A stretch of 64,000 nt of DNA from an uncultured Nitrososphaerota archaeon. Its GTDB lineage: Archaea > Thermoproteota > Nitrososphaeria > Nitrososphaerales > CADDZS01. The stretch covers positions 1,408,001-1,472,000 of the forward strand of contig CAWCYI010000004.1 in the NCBI GenBank assembly GCA_963799845.1, in the 5' to 3' direction. The notes below the pieces were generated by a model that saw only the letters and a list, made by a program, of their open reading frames with translations, ran no database searches and was not told the origin of the DNA. Position 1 is the first letter of the stretch. The number at the start of each line of letters is the position of its first letter. This document shows positions 9,240 to 19,538 of this stretch, piece by piece. A program made the position numbers and the translations under genes.

Positions 9240-11096
9240 ATGGACTCGAATACAATCAGTCTCCGGAGGATTAAACACTCCGACCTTTTTGCATACAAAC
9301 CAATTTCTGACTACGGGATAATTGGGGACATGAAAAGCTGCGCTCTTGTGGGCGTGGACGGTTCCATCGACTGGTTCTGCGTGCCGAGGTTTGATTCTCC
9401 AAGCGTCTTCGGCGCGATAGTTGATTCGGAAAAGGGTGGCAGATTCCTGATTTGCCCGAGCGCAGATTCTTTTGGGACTACCCAATCATACGAACCACTT
9501 ACGAATGTCCTCGTAACAAATTTTTCATTCAATTCCTCTAATGTGACCCTGACCGATTTCATGCCCTGCTTCAATGTCGACAATACAATCGTTTCGTCCG
9601 GCGAAATTCACCGAAGATTGCAGTGCACAAATGGGACAATGGAAATCGAAGCGCATTTTGAACCCCGTTTCGCATACGGCTCAATTGTCCCGGAAAAATA
9701 CTGGACCAAAGGAATGGGTTACTCATTTTCCTCTCCCGCGTCAGACCAAGACGTAACCCTGCTGACAAACATGGAATTTCAGGAAATTGGCAAGGGTACA
9801 ATCTATTCCAAATTTGTAATGAAAGCAGGCGACAAGATCGATCTTGTGGTAAAATACGGTGGAACCAGATTTTATCACGCGGATGACACGTACACGGACA
9901 TCAAGCTGAAGGAGACGCGCGAATTCTGGAAGGGATGGGTGGAAAGATGCAATTTCATGGGGAAGTGGAAAGATCAAGTCCTGAGGTCCGCGCTCGTCCT
10001 GAAGCTGCTGGTCTACTCCCCCACCGGTGCGATAATCGCAGCGCCCACAACGTCCCTGCCGGAAGAAATAGGAGGTAAGAGGAACTGGGACTATCGATTT
10101 TCGTGGATCAGGGATTCATCCTTTGTAATCTGGGCTTTCCATTCTCTGGGTTTTGACGAGGAAGCGGACAGTTATCTCGATTGGTTATTGAGCGGATTCT
10201 GCCTGATGATCGACAGCCTGCAGCCGATGCTGGGAATCGCTGGCGAGCGCAATTTGGTTGAGCGATCCCTCGACCGTCTCTCCGGCTACAAGGGATCAGT
10301 CCCGGTTAGAATAGGAAACGACGCGTGGAACCAGTTCCAGCTCGACCTCTACGGAATATTCATCGACGCGCTGTACTTCTCCCACAAACACGGTCGCGGC
10401 ATAGATCGCAAGATGTTCGACTACCTTATTCGCCCGATGATCTCAGCGCTCGAGGACATGTGGACAAAGCCCGATTCCGGCATCTGGGAAGTTCGTTCGC
10501 AGAACGAGCACTTTGTCTATTCGAAGATGTGGGCATGGGTCGGAGTCGACAGGGCGCTAAAGATCGCGGATGAACTCGACTACTCCGTAGATGTGGAAAA
10601 GTGGTCAGCCCTCCGCGAGAAAATAAGATCCGAGATTTACTCCAAGGGTTTTGATGAAACATTGGGCTCGTTCGTCCGTGCTTTTGGATCAAATGAGCTC
10701 GACGCTGCAAATCTACTGATGCCGCAGGTCAGGTTCATTTCGGCAAACGATCCGAAAATGATCTCAACAATCGATGCCACAGTTAAGAAGCTGCTCACTG
10801 GAGGAAAATTCGTGTACCGTTACCTTGCCGAAGACGGCCTCCCGGGCAAGGAAGGCGCGTTTCTCATCTGCACATTCTGGCTCGTCAATTGTTTGACCAT
10901 GGCGGGGAGACTCAAGGAGGCTGAGCAGCTAATGGATTCGGTCGTCGGCTACGCAAACCACTTGGGACTTTTCTCCGAGGAGATCGATCCCCAAACCGGC
11001 GGCATGTTGGGAAATTTTCCGCAGGCGTTCACCCACATGGGTTTCATCACCGCCGCGGTCAACCTGAGCAACGCGATGGAAAAATCCCGGAATTAG
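9240..11096 (+). CDS. Glycoside hydrolase family 15 (glucoamylase/trehalase-like)
   Basis: Motifs AAPTTSLPE..GG.RNWDYRFSWIRD, PDSGIWEVR, GLFSEE and LGNFPQAFTH. Confidence 0.95.
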   Translation: MDSNTISLRRIKHSDLFAYKPISDYGIIGDMKSCALVGVDGSIDWFCVPRFDSPSVFGAIVDSEKGGRFLICPSADSFGTTQSYEPLTNVLVTNFSFNSSNVTLTDFMPCFNVDNTIVSSGEIHRRLQCTNGTMEIEAHFEPRFAYGSIVPEKYWTKGMGYSFSSPASDQDVTLLTNMEFQEIGKGTIYSKFVMKAGDKIDLVVKYGGTRFYHADDTYTDIKLKETREFWKGWVERCNFMGKWKDQVLRSALVLKLLVYSPTGAIIAAPTTSLPEEIGGKRNWDYRFSWIRDSSFVIWAFHSLGFDEEADSYLDWLLSGFCLMIDSLQPMLGIAGERNLVERSLDRLSGYKGSVPVRIGNDAWNQFQLDLYGIFIDALYFSHKHGRGIDRKMFDYLIRPMISALEDMWTKPDSGIWEVRSQNEHFVYSKMWAWVGVDRALKIADELDYSVDVEKWSALREKIRSEIYSKGFDETLGSFVRAFGSNELDAANLLMPQVRFISANDPKMISTIDATVKKLLTGGKFVYRYLAEDGLPGKEGAFLICTFWLVNCLTMAGRLKEAEQLMDSVVGYANHLGLFSEEIDPQTGGMLGNFPQAFTHMGFITAAVNLSNAMEKSRN

Positions 11097-12058
11097 TTCG
11101 TCATTTCTATCTTCTCGCCTTCAGCCGACGGGTAGTAATCGATCTTGATTTCGCGGCAGACCTTCTCTATCTCGTTCAGCTCCTGTATCGACAGTTGAAA
11201 GTCAAGCGAGCCTAGGTTCTCTCTCGCCTGTGCAGAATTCTTGACTCCCGGGATCGGGATTACGAGGGGATTTGAGGCAAGCCAGTTCAGCGCGACCTGC
11301 GAGACAGTGCACATGTGAGCTTTCGCGATGTTCGAAAGTACGGAAATTATTTTTTCGACCTGCAGCATGTTCTTTTCGACGAAAAGGATGTTCTCTGCGC
11401 GAACGTCACCCTTGGGCATGTTTTTCGAATTGTACTTTCCAGACAGCGCGCCCTGAGCCAGCGGGCTCCATGCTAGAACTGTGATATTTTCCCTCTTGCA
11501 GTACGGCATGACTTCTTTTTCGATGTTTCGCTGGAGGAGGTTGTACCTGAGCTGGTTTGACGCGATGTCAGTTCTCGAAAGATAAGACCTCGCTTCCTCC
11601 AGATCTCTCACCGCAAAGTTGCTCACGCCGATCGCCCTGATCTTTCCCTCAAGGTACAATTTCTCAAGAGCTTTAATCGTCTCCCGGAGCGGAATCTGCT
11701 CCCACGGATCTGGCCAGTGCACCTGGTATAGGTCGATTGAGCTGACTCCCAGTCTTCGCATGCTAGCAGCTGCGGCTTTCTGGAGTTCGTCGTACCCCAG
11801 ATGCGCTCCCGCAACCTTGGTCGCAATCACGAACTTTTCGCGGCCTAGCTGGGCCAATGCTCGCCCGAGAACTTTTTCGCTCCTACCTCCGCCGTACATT
11901 TCGGCGGTGTCGATCAGGTTAACTCCGAGTTCACCCGCGGTCTCTATCGCCTTGATGACCTGCTCGTCGTCCCCGTGCCACTCATCGCTGGCCTGCCAGA
12001 CGCCAATGCCAATCTTCGAAACCTTGATATCACTCCGCCCGAGGTTGATGTACTGCAT
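11093..12058 (-). CDS. Aldo/keto reductase
   Basis: Motifs IDTAEMYG, IDLYQVHWP, IGVSNF and AWSPLAQG. Confidence 0.95.
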   Translation of the reverse strand: MQYINLGRSDIKVSKIGIGVWQASDEWHGDDEQVIKAIETAGELGVNLIDTAEMYGGGRSEKVLGRALAQLGREKFVIATKVAGAHLGYDELQKAAAASMRRLGVSSIDLYQVHWPDPWEQIPLRETIKALEKLYLEGKIRAIGVSNFAVRDLEEARSYLSRTDIASNQLRYNLLQRNIEKEVMPYCKRENITVLAWSPLAQGALSGKYNSKNMPKGDVRAENILFVEKNMLQVEKIISVLSNIAKAHMCTVSQVALNWLASNPLVIPIPGVKNSAQARENLGSLDFQLSIQELNEIEKVCREIKIDYYPSAEGEKIEMTN

Positions 12059-12151
12059 GAGACTGACTTAATGGAGCGTGCTTTAGTAAAGCGTTTCTCT
12101 GAACGAATACTCCAGGAGCCGCAGATAAATGCGTATGAATTCTTTGTCTGC

Positions 12152-13450
12152 TTACTCTAGGAAAGAATCTTGAAAATAGATGTTGTCATTTTCGCTCAAG
12201 GCCGACTTGAAGGCTTTTTCGAGCTCTTCTTCGGTCGCCTTTTTCTTGGGCTTTTTCACTTCTTTGGAAATGGAGTCTTTTGCCGGTTCTTCTATTTTCG
12301 GGGGGACCAATATTTCTTGTGAGATCACGGGCTTTGGCTGTTCCACCGGTGCGTTTTGCCTAGTCTCTAGTTTTGGTTGTTCGATCGGTGTCTCGTGCCT
12401 GATCTCCGGGATCGAATACTTGACCACAATCGGAGGAGTAGATTCGCTGGGTTCTGGGGCAATCCCGATCTTTCCGGTAACCCATCCCTCATTCTCGTAA
12501 GTCTTGAGCACCTGGTTCAGACTTGGCGAGGAAGTGTTCGAAAGAGTTGGAACCTCCATCGGGCTTGGTGTCTGTCCGCGCTCAATCGAGTTGATCACTT
12601 TCTCGACCTCTTCCAGCGCCTTCAGTTTCACCTCGTCCGCCACGGGAACTTTGAGCTCGGCATCCTTGTCAAGCAGCCCTATGAACAAGCGGCCTGTATT
12701 CGAGTCGAACATGTCCTCCATCACGCGCATCTCGCGTCCCTGAAATGCTTCAATCAATCCGACTACGATGCCTTGGATGAAATGATTTCCCGTCGCTTCG
12801 CCGCGCTCTGACAGCGGCGGATCGCGGATGATTGCCTGCACTGTTTTTTCTTTCGAGTCAAGCAAACTGAATCTGCCCATCCCGGCAGCTTTGAAGTAGT
12901 CGTTCACGTTGTCCTGAATTATTCGATCGGGACAATCACGCGGGAATTTTCCGCGGATCTGCCTGACCGTGTCGAGGGCGTAAATTCGTCCAACCTCGAC
13001 CAGAGCAGCTTTTTCCTCGGGTGTGCCCAGTTGATGCTCGATGAGGAAGGTGAACTGCGAGTCCAGGATCACGACCCGATTGTCGAGGAGAGTAATCGGG
13101 AAGAAGAATCCGTCGAATAGGCGGTTTTCCGAACTGACTGAGCGCGCGTGCCGAACGGATTTCAGGAGTCTCAGTTCGACGACGAGCCCATCGGGGGTAA
13201 TGTCCGCGTTTCGCAGGTCGCATGATAAACATAGTACAAACTCGTGACTAGAATCATCGAGATAACCAAAATGGGATGCAATCTTCACGCGGTGCTTCAA
13301 GAAAAGATTCAGGACTTGGGCCTGAGTGGAAATCTTCTTTTCGTCCCGACCGGAAACCAGGAACGCGTGCTTTTTTCGATCGCCCGCGGTCGTTTGACCC
13401 AACTTGTATGGATAGTTATCGGGACCTGTCGGGACTTGTCCTGGAATCAT
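12152..13450 (-). CDS. ACT + V4R-like domain protein with long Pro/Glu/Lys-rich C-terminal tail
   Basis: ACT-like N-terminus, V4R-like core 'AAGMGRF...NHFIQGIVVG' and a low-complexity tail. Confidence 0.6.
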   Translation of the reverse strand: MIPGQVPTGPDNYPYKLGQTTAGDRKKHAFLVSGRDEKKISTQAQVLNLFLKHRVKIASHFGYLDDSSHEFVLCLSCDLRNADITPDGLVVELRLLKSVRHARSVSSENRLFDGFFFPITLLDNRVVILDSQFTFLIEHQLGTPEEKAALVEVGRIYALDTVRQIRGKFPRDCPDRIIQDNVNDYFKAAGMGRFSLLDSKEKTVQAIIRDPPLSERGEATGNHFIQGIVVGLIEAFQGREMRVMEDMFDSNTGRLFIGLLDKDAELKVPVADEVKLKALEEVEKVINSIERGQTPSPMEVPTLSNTSSPSLNQVLKTYENEGWVTGKIGIAPEPSESTPPIVVKYSIPEIRHETPIEQPKLETRQNAPVEQPKPVISQEILVPPKIEEPAKDSISKEVKKPKKKATEEELEKAFKSALSENDNIYFQDSFLE

Positions 13451-13713
13451 CCAATGTTCGCCAGAAACTTTACGGACGATATAGCGGCTTTTGAGCTAAT
13501 TAAGAGAAATCGTAGTCTACGTCTGAATTTAGGACAAGTACAAGAAGGGGGCAGCTATATATCAGAGTAGTTGCTCTAAACCACTCCTAAATTTCAATTC
13601 ACTTGTTCCAGAAACGCCATCTAATTTAGTCGGGTCGGTATCCGAGATTAGGGAACCGAAATAATCACGAAGCGTTCTGTAAACTGCGTTGTTTCTCGAG
13701 AACTTCGATCAGT

Positions 13714-14196
13714 CTATCCGCCCTTGATCCTCATTCGGTACTTTCGTTCGCCGATTTGTTCGAACATTTCATCGAAACCTATCGCGGCCGATTTTGCCAG
13801 TGCTTTCAGTTCTGCCCGACCTCTTTGACTGAAAATCTCTTTCGGAAAAGTATTGGGCTTTGAAATATTTCTCCTCCTGTTTCTGAATTTGAGCGAGGAT
13901 GAATACCCATCGACCCTCATCTCGTCCAATTCCTGCAAAGTGAGGGAGATCTTCGTCACAGCTTTGGTTATCGTGTCCCAATCCAGTTTTCTGCCGACGT
14001 CGGATTCTACTTTCTTCCTTGTCTTTCTGGAAATGCCGGGAGCGAGCTTTGCAAGTGGGCCAAGATAGGAGAGAGTTTTCTGCTCCACTTTGCCGGCGCT
14101 CCGTTTACCTTCCACGAGATACAGATAACGCCTGCCGGAGATCTTTTTGACTCTTACGTACAAACCTGCTGCCTTTTCCAAATTATGTAGATTCAA
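13714..14196 (-). CDS. Basic hypothetical protein with an N-terminal motif like those of mobile-element DNA-binding domains
   Basis: YVRVKKISGRRYLYLVEGKRSAGKVEQKTLSYLG resembles the N-termini of IS1634-type transposases and archaeal viral integrases. No catalytic domain is visible. Confidence 0.6.
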   Translation of the reverse strand: MNLHNLEKAAGLYVRVKKISGRRYLYLVEGKRSAGKVEQKTLSYLGPLAKLAPGISRKTRKKVESDVGRKLDWDTITKAVTKISLTLQELDEMRVDGYSSSLKFRNRRRNISKPNTFPKEIFSQRGRAELKALAKSAAIGFDEMFEQIGERKYRMRIKGG

Positions 14197-14241
14197 TGTT
14201 AAATGTTGTACCTAAAATGGGGTGAACGGATGGTGTGACCG

Positions 14242-14655
14242 ATGTCTGCAGGTTATTCGAAAAAATCATTGATCCAGAAGCTTGGGATCAAGGAAGGTTT
14301 CAAAATTACGATTATCAACGCACCGTCAGACTATGTTAAGAAACTGGGTAAATTGCCGCCAAATGTCGCACTTGTGGAGGCCGCATCAGAGGGAACATTC
14401 GACTTTATTCATTTTTTCACGAAGAGTCATCAGCAATTAGAAACAGAGTTTCCAAAGCTCAAAAGCAAAATTTCACAAAACGGCATTCTGTGGATTTCCT
14501 GGCCAAAACGGACTTCTGGGGAAAAGACTGACCTGAATGATAACGTTGTCAGAAAGGTGGGCTTGGATAATGGGATGGCCGATGTCAAGGTGGCAGCAAT
14601 CGATGAGACTTGGTCCGGACTCAAATTCGTATTCAGGATCAGAGATAGAAAATAA
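14242..14655 (+). CDS. DUF3052-family protein
   Basis: Motifs GYS.KSL..KLGIK, LWISWPK and VDVKVAAIDETWSGLKFV. Confidence 0.85.
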   Translation: MSAGYSKKSLIQKLGIKEGFKITIINAPSDYVKKLGKLPPNVALVEAASEGTFDFIHFFTKSHQQLETEFPKLKSKISQNGILWISWPKRTSGEKTDLNDNVVRKVGLDNGMADVKVAAIDETWSGLKFVFRIRDRK

Positions 14656-14660
14656 AATCC

Positions 14661-15440
14661 TCAATCTTTGAAATAAGCTTCTGGCTTTCGCTCCGAGAGC
14701 CTTTCTTTTCTCAGAGCGGTTGTCTCACCGCTGAAGGACAACTTTGAAACGTATATCCTCTTCCCCGTTGACGACTTTACAAGCTCCTGAACCTTCATTA
14801 TGCCCTGCGCTTTTTCATACTTCAGTCCCAGCAGCACGCTGCCACCCGGAACGCGATTTCTCAGAAAAGGATTGGCTGCGACTATCGGTACCCTGTTTTC
14901 AAGGACGCGCGCCGTGATGTACGCCCGCCACGGTTCGATTCCGAGGGTGGTGATGAGGGAGGGATTGAGGATGACTTCGGCGCCCTTGAGAACGAGCGTC
15001 CTCGCGCTCTCGGGGAACACCACATCGTGACAGACCATGACTCCGACGTTTATGCCGTCTATCTTGAACGGATCGAAACTGTTTCCCCCGATCGCGATGT
15101 TATTTTCCCTGCGAAACAGGTGGACCTTTTTTTGTTTTGAAATTATTTTTCCATCGGGAGAGATCGTGGGGCTCACAAAGAAGGTACTCGATTCAGACGA
15201 GTCGAATATTCCGCCGAGATTGATGTATGCGCTCAGTTCTTTTGCTAGATCGGAAAAAATTCCGTAAATTTCATCGTCGGATGTCAATACCCTGTCGATC
15301 AGCCAGTGCTCAGGAAAGCAGACCAGTCTCGCGGATCGTTGCGCTGCCTTTCTTACAAATGATACCGCTTCGCGGATAGCTCTTTTCTCATCTTTCGGGT
15401 ACAGACCGCTCTGGACAAGGGCGACTGTGAGAGATTGCAT
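14661..15440 (-). CDS. Carbon-nitrogen hydrolase (nitrilase superfamily)
   Basis: Catalytic triad E (FPE), K (KVHLF) and C (VCHDVVFPE). Confidence 0.9.
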   Translation of the reverse strand: MQSLTVALVQSGLYPKDEKRAIREAVSFVRKAAQRSARLVCFPEHWLIDRVLTSDDEIYGIFSDLAKELSAYINLGGIFDSSESSTFFVSPTISPDGKIISKQKKVHLFRRENNIAIGGNSFDPFKIDGINVGVMVCHDVVFPESARTLVLKGAEVILNPSLITTLGIEPWRAYITARVLENRVPIVAANPFLRNRVPGGSVLLGLKYEKAQGIMKVQELVKSSTGKRIYVSKLSFSGETTALRKERLSERKPEAYFKD

Positions 15441-15446
15441 GGGTTC

Positions 15447-16721
15447 TCAGAAATTCACGAGCTTTCTTTCGATGATGAAAACCAGAATTTGCGATGCGAT
15501 TTCATCCTTGGACGCCTTTTTCAGGACTTTCGGCTCTCCTTCACCAGGAACCAGAATTACTTCGTTGTAATCAGAACCGAATCCGATATCGGCTCGGCCC
15601 ACATCGTTTGCAATTACCAGATCTGATCCAGACTTTTCCAGGCTCTCCCTCGCCTTGCGTATGAGCTCGCCCTCATTCACTCCGTACTCAGCCTTGAACG
15701 CGACGACGCAGATATCCGGATACTTTTCTTTCACGACGCTGACGATCTTCCGGGTCGCGTTGAGCTGGATTGACAAATGATCGTTTTCCGCCGTACTGAT
15801 TTTTCCCTTCTTCGGAGACGCAACCGAGTAGTCAGCCGGAGCTCCGGCCGAGATGAATACGTCGTATTTTCCGGAAGCGAGCTCTTCCGTCACGGAGTCA
15901 AGCATGTCCTCGGTAGAAACGACGGATATTGTTTTGATCTTGCGCGCATCAAAACCTGCGGGTAGGCTGACTCCGGGGCCGAGAATCAGGCATACGTTTC
16001 CAGCGCCTCCCTTCTCGCAGGCCTGAGCGAGGGCGATTCCCATCTTGCCCGAACTCGCATTGGAAATAAACCGGACCTGATCTATCGCCTCTCTGGTTGG
16101 ACCGGCGGTGATTAGAAACCCGAGGGATTCGAGCTCGCGCGAGCCTGCAACTTCATTCTTGAACGATGCCATCACTGCTGCGAAAATATCTTCCGGCGTC
16201 GCGATCTTTGATTTCGATTCCTCCAACCTTCCTTCGACGAACTTTACGCCCAACCGTTTGAGTTTCGCAATCGACTCCACTAGGATCGGATTTCTCAACA
16301 TCGGCTCGTGCATGGCCGGCGCGATTACAAGCGGAATCTCTGTCCCGAGGGAAGTGCAGACTAGAGTCGAAACAGGATCGTCAGAAATCCCGGCCGCAAT
16401 CTTGGAAAGAGTATTTGCAGTGCACGGCGCGATTAGGATCAGATCGACCCTGTCCTTCGAAGTCACCAGCTCCACATGCTCGACCCTTCCCGTGATCTTC
16501 GTGATCGGCGCATTTCCGGTCGACCACTCAAAGATTGTTGGGGAAACTAGTTCGGCAGCTTCTTCAGTGAGGATCGCAACAACATCGGCACCGTGCCGCA
16601 TTAGAGTTCTAGCGATGCGGGGAGCTTCAGTGATCGAAACGCTTGCGGTAACGCACAGCGCAATTTTTTTCCCTGATAGCTCTTTTCCGTCGGAGCCAAT
16701 GATATCTTTCAAGTGTGACAA
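15447..16721 (-). CDS. coaBC: Bifunctional phosphopantothenoylcysteine decarboxylase/ligase
   Basis: Motifs APCTANT, PAMHEPM, TAGPTREAID.VRFISNASSGKMG, FKAE and IANDV. Confidence 0.95.
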   Translation of the reverse strand: MSHLKDIIGSDGKELSGKKIALCVTASVSITEAPRIARTLMRHGADVVAILTEEAAELVSPTIFEWSTGNAPITKITGRVEHVELVTSKDRVDLILIAPCTANTLSKIAAGISDDPVSTLVCTSLGTEIPLVIAPAMHEPMLRNPILVESIAKLKRLGVKFVEGRLEESKSKIATPEDIFAAVMASFKNEVAGSRELESLGFLITAGPTREAIDQVRFISNASSGKMGIALAQACEKGGAGNVCLILGPGVSLPAGFDARKIKTISVVSTEDMLDSVTEELASGKYDVFISAGAPADYSVASPKKGKISTAENDHLSIQLNATRKIVSVVKEKYPDICVVAFKAEYGVNEGELIRKARESLEKSGSDLVIANDVGRADIGFGSDYNEVILVPGEGEPKVLKKASKDEIASQILVFIIERKLVNF

Positions 16722-16792
16722 TTAGAAAACCTGACTATTAGTTTCAAGAATTTAGCACCGCTTACCTTCTTGATCTTTTCGCGATTCCATTG

Positions 16793-16967
16793 TCAAACTA
16801 CTTCAACTGTTATCCCTAACTTCCTTGCAAGATCAACGGCCGTCTCGGTCTTCCCTCACAAGCTTGGCTGAAGTTCCTTCCGGTATCTCTGGCATTTTCC
16901 TCAAGACCTTCTTGGCACGTTCTAAAGCCGCACTCCGTTTTGCTTGTGCCAGTCTGTTGCACCTCAA
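16793..16967 (-). pseudogene. Relic of a vapBC toxin-antitoxin pair
   Basis: 16967-16833 translates to '...KMPEIPEGTSAKLVREDRDGR*', an archaeal VapB-type C-terminus. It is immediately followed by 'DLARKLGITVEVV*', a VapC-type C-terminus. Confidence 0.55.
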
Positions 16968-17094
16968 TCTGATCACTCGTTGATTCTGAGCCTTATGCTG
17001 CGAACTCTCTGGGAATCCGACGATAACAACCTTTTCGACTAATTTCGGCTCACAAGTAAACTCTTAGACTAAGCAAAACAAGTCCCCCACACAA

Positions 17095-17878
17095 GTGAAC
17101 TCAGAAAAAGATTATCCCGAGCACGTTCGGTGCAATCGTGCAGCGTGGAAGAAGTTTTCAGTAGATTACGCAGAACCTGGCCGGCGGGCTTGGCGGGAAG
17201 AACCACACTGGGGTATCTGGCACATACCAGAAAAAGAAGTCCAGCTGCTGCCTGAAGTTGCCGGACGCGATGTCATTGAATTGGGCTGCGGAACTGCTTA
17301 CATATCTGCTTGGCTCGCGCGACGCGGAGCTGAGAGTCACGGGAATCGACATCTCCGAAGAACAGCTGAAGACTGCGCGATCACTACAAGCCGAGCATCG
17401 TCTCAACTTTCCACTGATCCATGGCAGCGCAGAGCAAGTACCGCTGCCCGATGCTTCCTTTGACCTTGCCATTAGCGAGTACGGCGCAAGCATCTGGTGC
17501 GATCCGTACAGGTGGATTCCGGAAGCGTCACGCCTGCTGCGCCCCGACGGCCAGCTTATCTTCCTGGTCAACGGAACGATTCTCGTACTCTGCATGCCGG
17601 ACGACGAGAGCAAGCCCACTACTCCCGAGCTCCTCAGAACTTACTTTGGCATGCGTCGCTTCGAGTGGTCGGAAGGAGACGAATCGGTCGAGTTTCACCT
17701 TGGCTACGGGGAATGGATCCGTCTCCTGCGAGCGAATGGTTTTGAAATTGAAAATTTGATAGAGCTCAGGCCTCCAGAGGGTGCAACGACCCGCTATCCA
17801 TTTGTGACACTGGAGTGGGCGCGGCGCTGGCCTTCGGAAGAGGTATGGATAGCTCGAAAGCGCGGGCCGCTGAAATGA
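17095..17878 (+). CDS. Class I SAM-dependent methyltransferase (apparent frameshift at ~17332)
   Basis: VIELGCGTAY in the first frame and GIDISEEQL/SFDLAISEYGA in the next. Removing the G of AGCTGA at 17328-17333 restores one frame. Confidence 0.9.
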
Positions 17879-18549
17879 AGATACTCAAGACGATTCGCAG
17901 TGCAGACGTTCGGCGGGTGTTTAACGACATCACATTAGAAATTATCAGCAGCAGGGACTACTTGACCGAACTCGATTCAATTGGTGGCGACGGTGATCAT
18001 GGTGTAAATCTGGAGAGAGGATTTCTTCAGGTCAGAGCTCAACTAGGACAGCTTGGTGGCGAGGACATCGGATCAATTCTGACTTCGGTGGGGTCGATCC
18101 TGATGTCAACCGTAGGCGGCTCAACTGGTTCACTTTACGGAGCTTCGCTGATAAAAGCCGGTAGTGCTTGTAAAGGAAAGACGGAACTCACGGACCAGGA
18201 TGTCTCGAAGATCTTTCAGGAATGTGAAAATGCCATCGCGAACCTAGGCGGAGCGAAACCTGGTGATAAGACGATGCTGGATGTCCTTCATCCAGCTAGG
18301 GAAGCAATATCTCAGGCAGCTTCTGAGAGTGACGACCTCGTTTACATCCTGGCTGAGGGTGCAAGAGCTGCGCGGCTCGGCCTTGAAAGTACTAAATCGA
18401 TGGTCGCCCGAAAGGGGAGAGCGATGTACCTCGGGAATCGGACTCTCGGACATTATGATGTCGGCGCGGCGTCGCTATGCCTGATGATAGAATCGTGCGC
18501 GAGAACGTTAAAAGCGATAGATTCGAGTGAGACGGGAGAAAACGCCTAG
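17875..18549 (+). CDS. dhaL: Dihydroxyacetone kinase subunit L
   Basis: Motifs LTELDS.GGDGDHG.N, VGGSTG.LYG, GDKTMLD, GRA.YLG.R and DVGA. Confidence 0.92.
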   Translation: MKILKTIRSADVRRVFNDITLEIISSRDYLTELDSIGGDGDHGVNLERGFLQVRAQLGQLGGEDIGSILTSVGSILMSTVGGSTGSLYGASLIKAGSACKGKTELTDQDVSKIFQECENAIANLGGAKPGDKTMLDVLHPAREAISQAASESDDLVYILAEGARAARLGLESTKSMVARKGRAMYLGNRTLGHYDVGAASLCLMIESCARTLKAIDSSETGENA

Positions 18550-19538
18550 ATAATAGCTGGAAATGCGGGTGTCGTTTGCGGAGCGAGCAGCATCTGTTTC
18601 ATTTCCTCATCAACCCTCAAGAGGGAAAGTGAAAAACCCGCCATCTCGAGCGATGTCGCATAGTTACCTGCGGTTGCCCTAAAGACTCTAATTCCATCCA
18701 AATTCAGCATCTCCCTCACTTTCCTCGAAACAATCAAGAGCTCCATCAACGGCGTGCCACCCATGCCATTCACCAGAAGAAATATCTCCTCTCCCTTTTT
18801 GAGTCCCAAATCATTCGAAACTCTTCTGTAAAGAATTTCAGCAATAATGTCCGCTGACGCGATCTCCATCCTCTCTACGCCGGCCTCTCCATGCATTCCG
18901 ATACCAACTTCCATCTGATTCTCGCCGATTGAGAAGATGGGCTTCCCTACCGAGGGATTGATGCACGAAGAAAGCGCAACTCCCATTGTCCTAACATTCG
19001 AAATGACATGATCCGCGAGCCTCTTCACATCGTCAAGAGTCGCTCCCGTCTCGGCTTTGGCGCCAGCGATCTTGTGAACGAGAACCGTACCCGCAACACC
19101 TCGCCTATTCTCGGGTTCTTTGATCGCAATATCATCATTAACAATGACGTGTGATAATTCGATTCCCGATGCCGCCGCGAGCTCCTCAGCGATCCTGAAA
19201 TTCATGATGTCACCCGAGTAGTTCTTGATAATCAGCAACACTCCCCGGCCCCCATTGACGAAAGACACAGCTCTGAGAATCTGATCCGGAGGCGGTGCGC
19301 TGAATACTGCTCCGGAAACAGCCGCATCCAGCATACCCTTCCCAACGTAACCGCTATGGAGAGGCTCATGACCACTGCCGCCGCCGCTGACAAGAGCGAC
19401 CTTGTCTTTTACGGGAGAATCGATCCTTACAGTTATTCCTGTTCCCCTGATTGTACGAAGAATCATGGGATAGAGGGCAGCCAGCCCTTCCAGTTCTTCA
19501 GCTACCACGTTCCCGGGTTCATTCACGAATTTTTTCAA
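18546..19538 (-). CDS. dhaK: Dihydroxyacetone kinase subunit K
   Basis: Motifs SGGGSGHEP, KNYSGD.MNF, RRGVAG, GIGMHGEAG and TSLEMAGFS. Confidence 0.95.
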   Translation of the reverse strand: MKKFVNEPGNVVAEELEGLAALYPMILRTIRGTGITVRIDSPVKDKVALVSGGGSGHEPLHSGYVGKGMLDAAVSGAVFSAPPPDQILRAVSFVNGGRGVLLIIKNYSGDIMNFRIAEELAAASGIELSHVIVNDDIAIKEPENRRGVAGTVLVHKIAGAKAETGATLDDVKRLADHVISNVRTMGVALSSCINPSVGKPIFSIGENQMEVGIGMHGEAGVERMEIASADIIAEILYRRVSNDLGLKKGEEIFLLVNGMGGTPLMELLIVSRKVREMLNLDGIRVFRATAGNYATSLEMAGFSLSLLRVDEEMKQMLLAPQTTPAFPAII

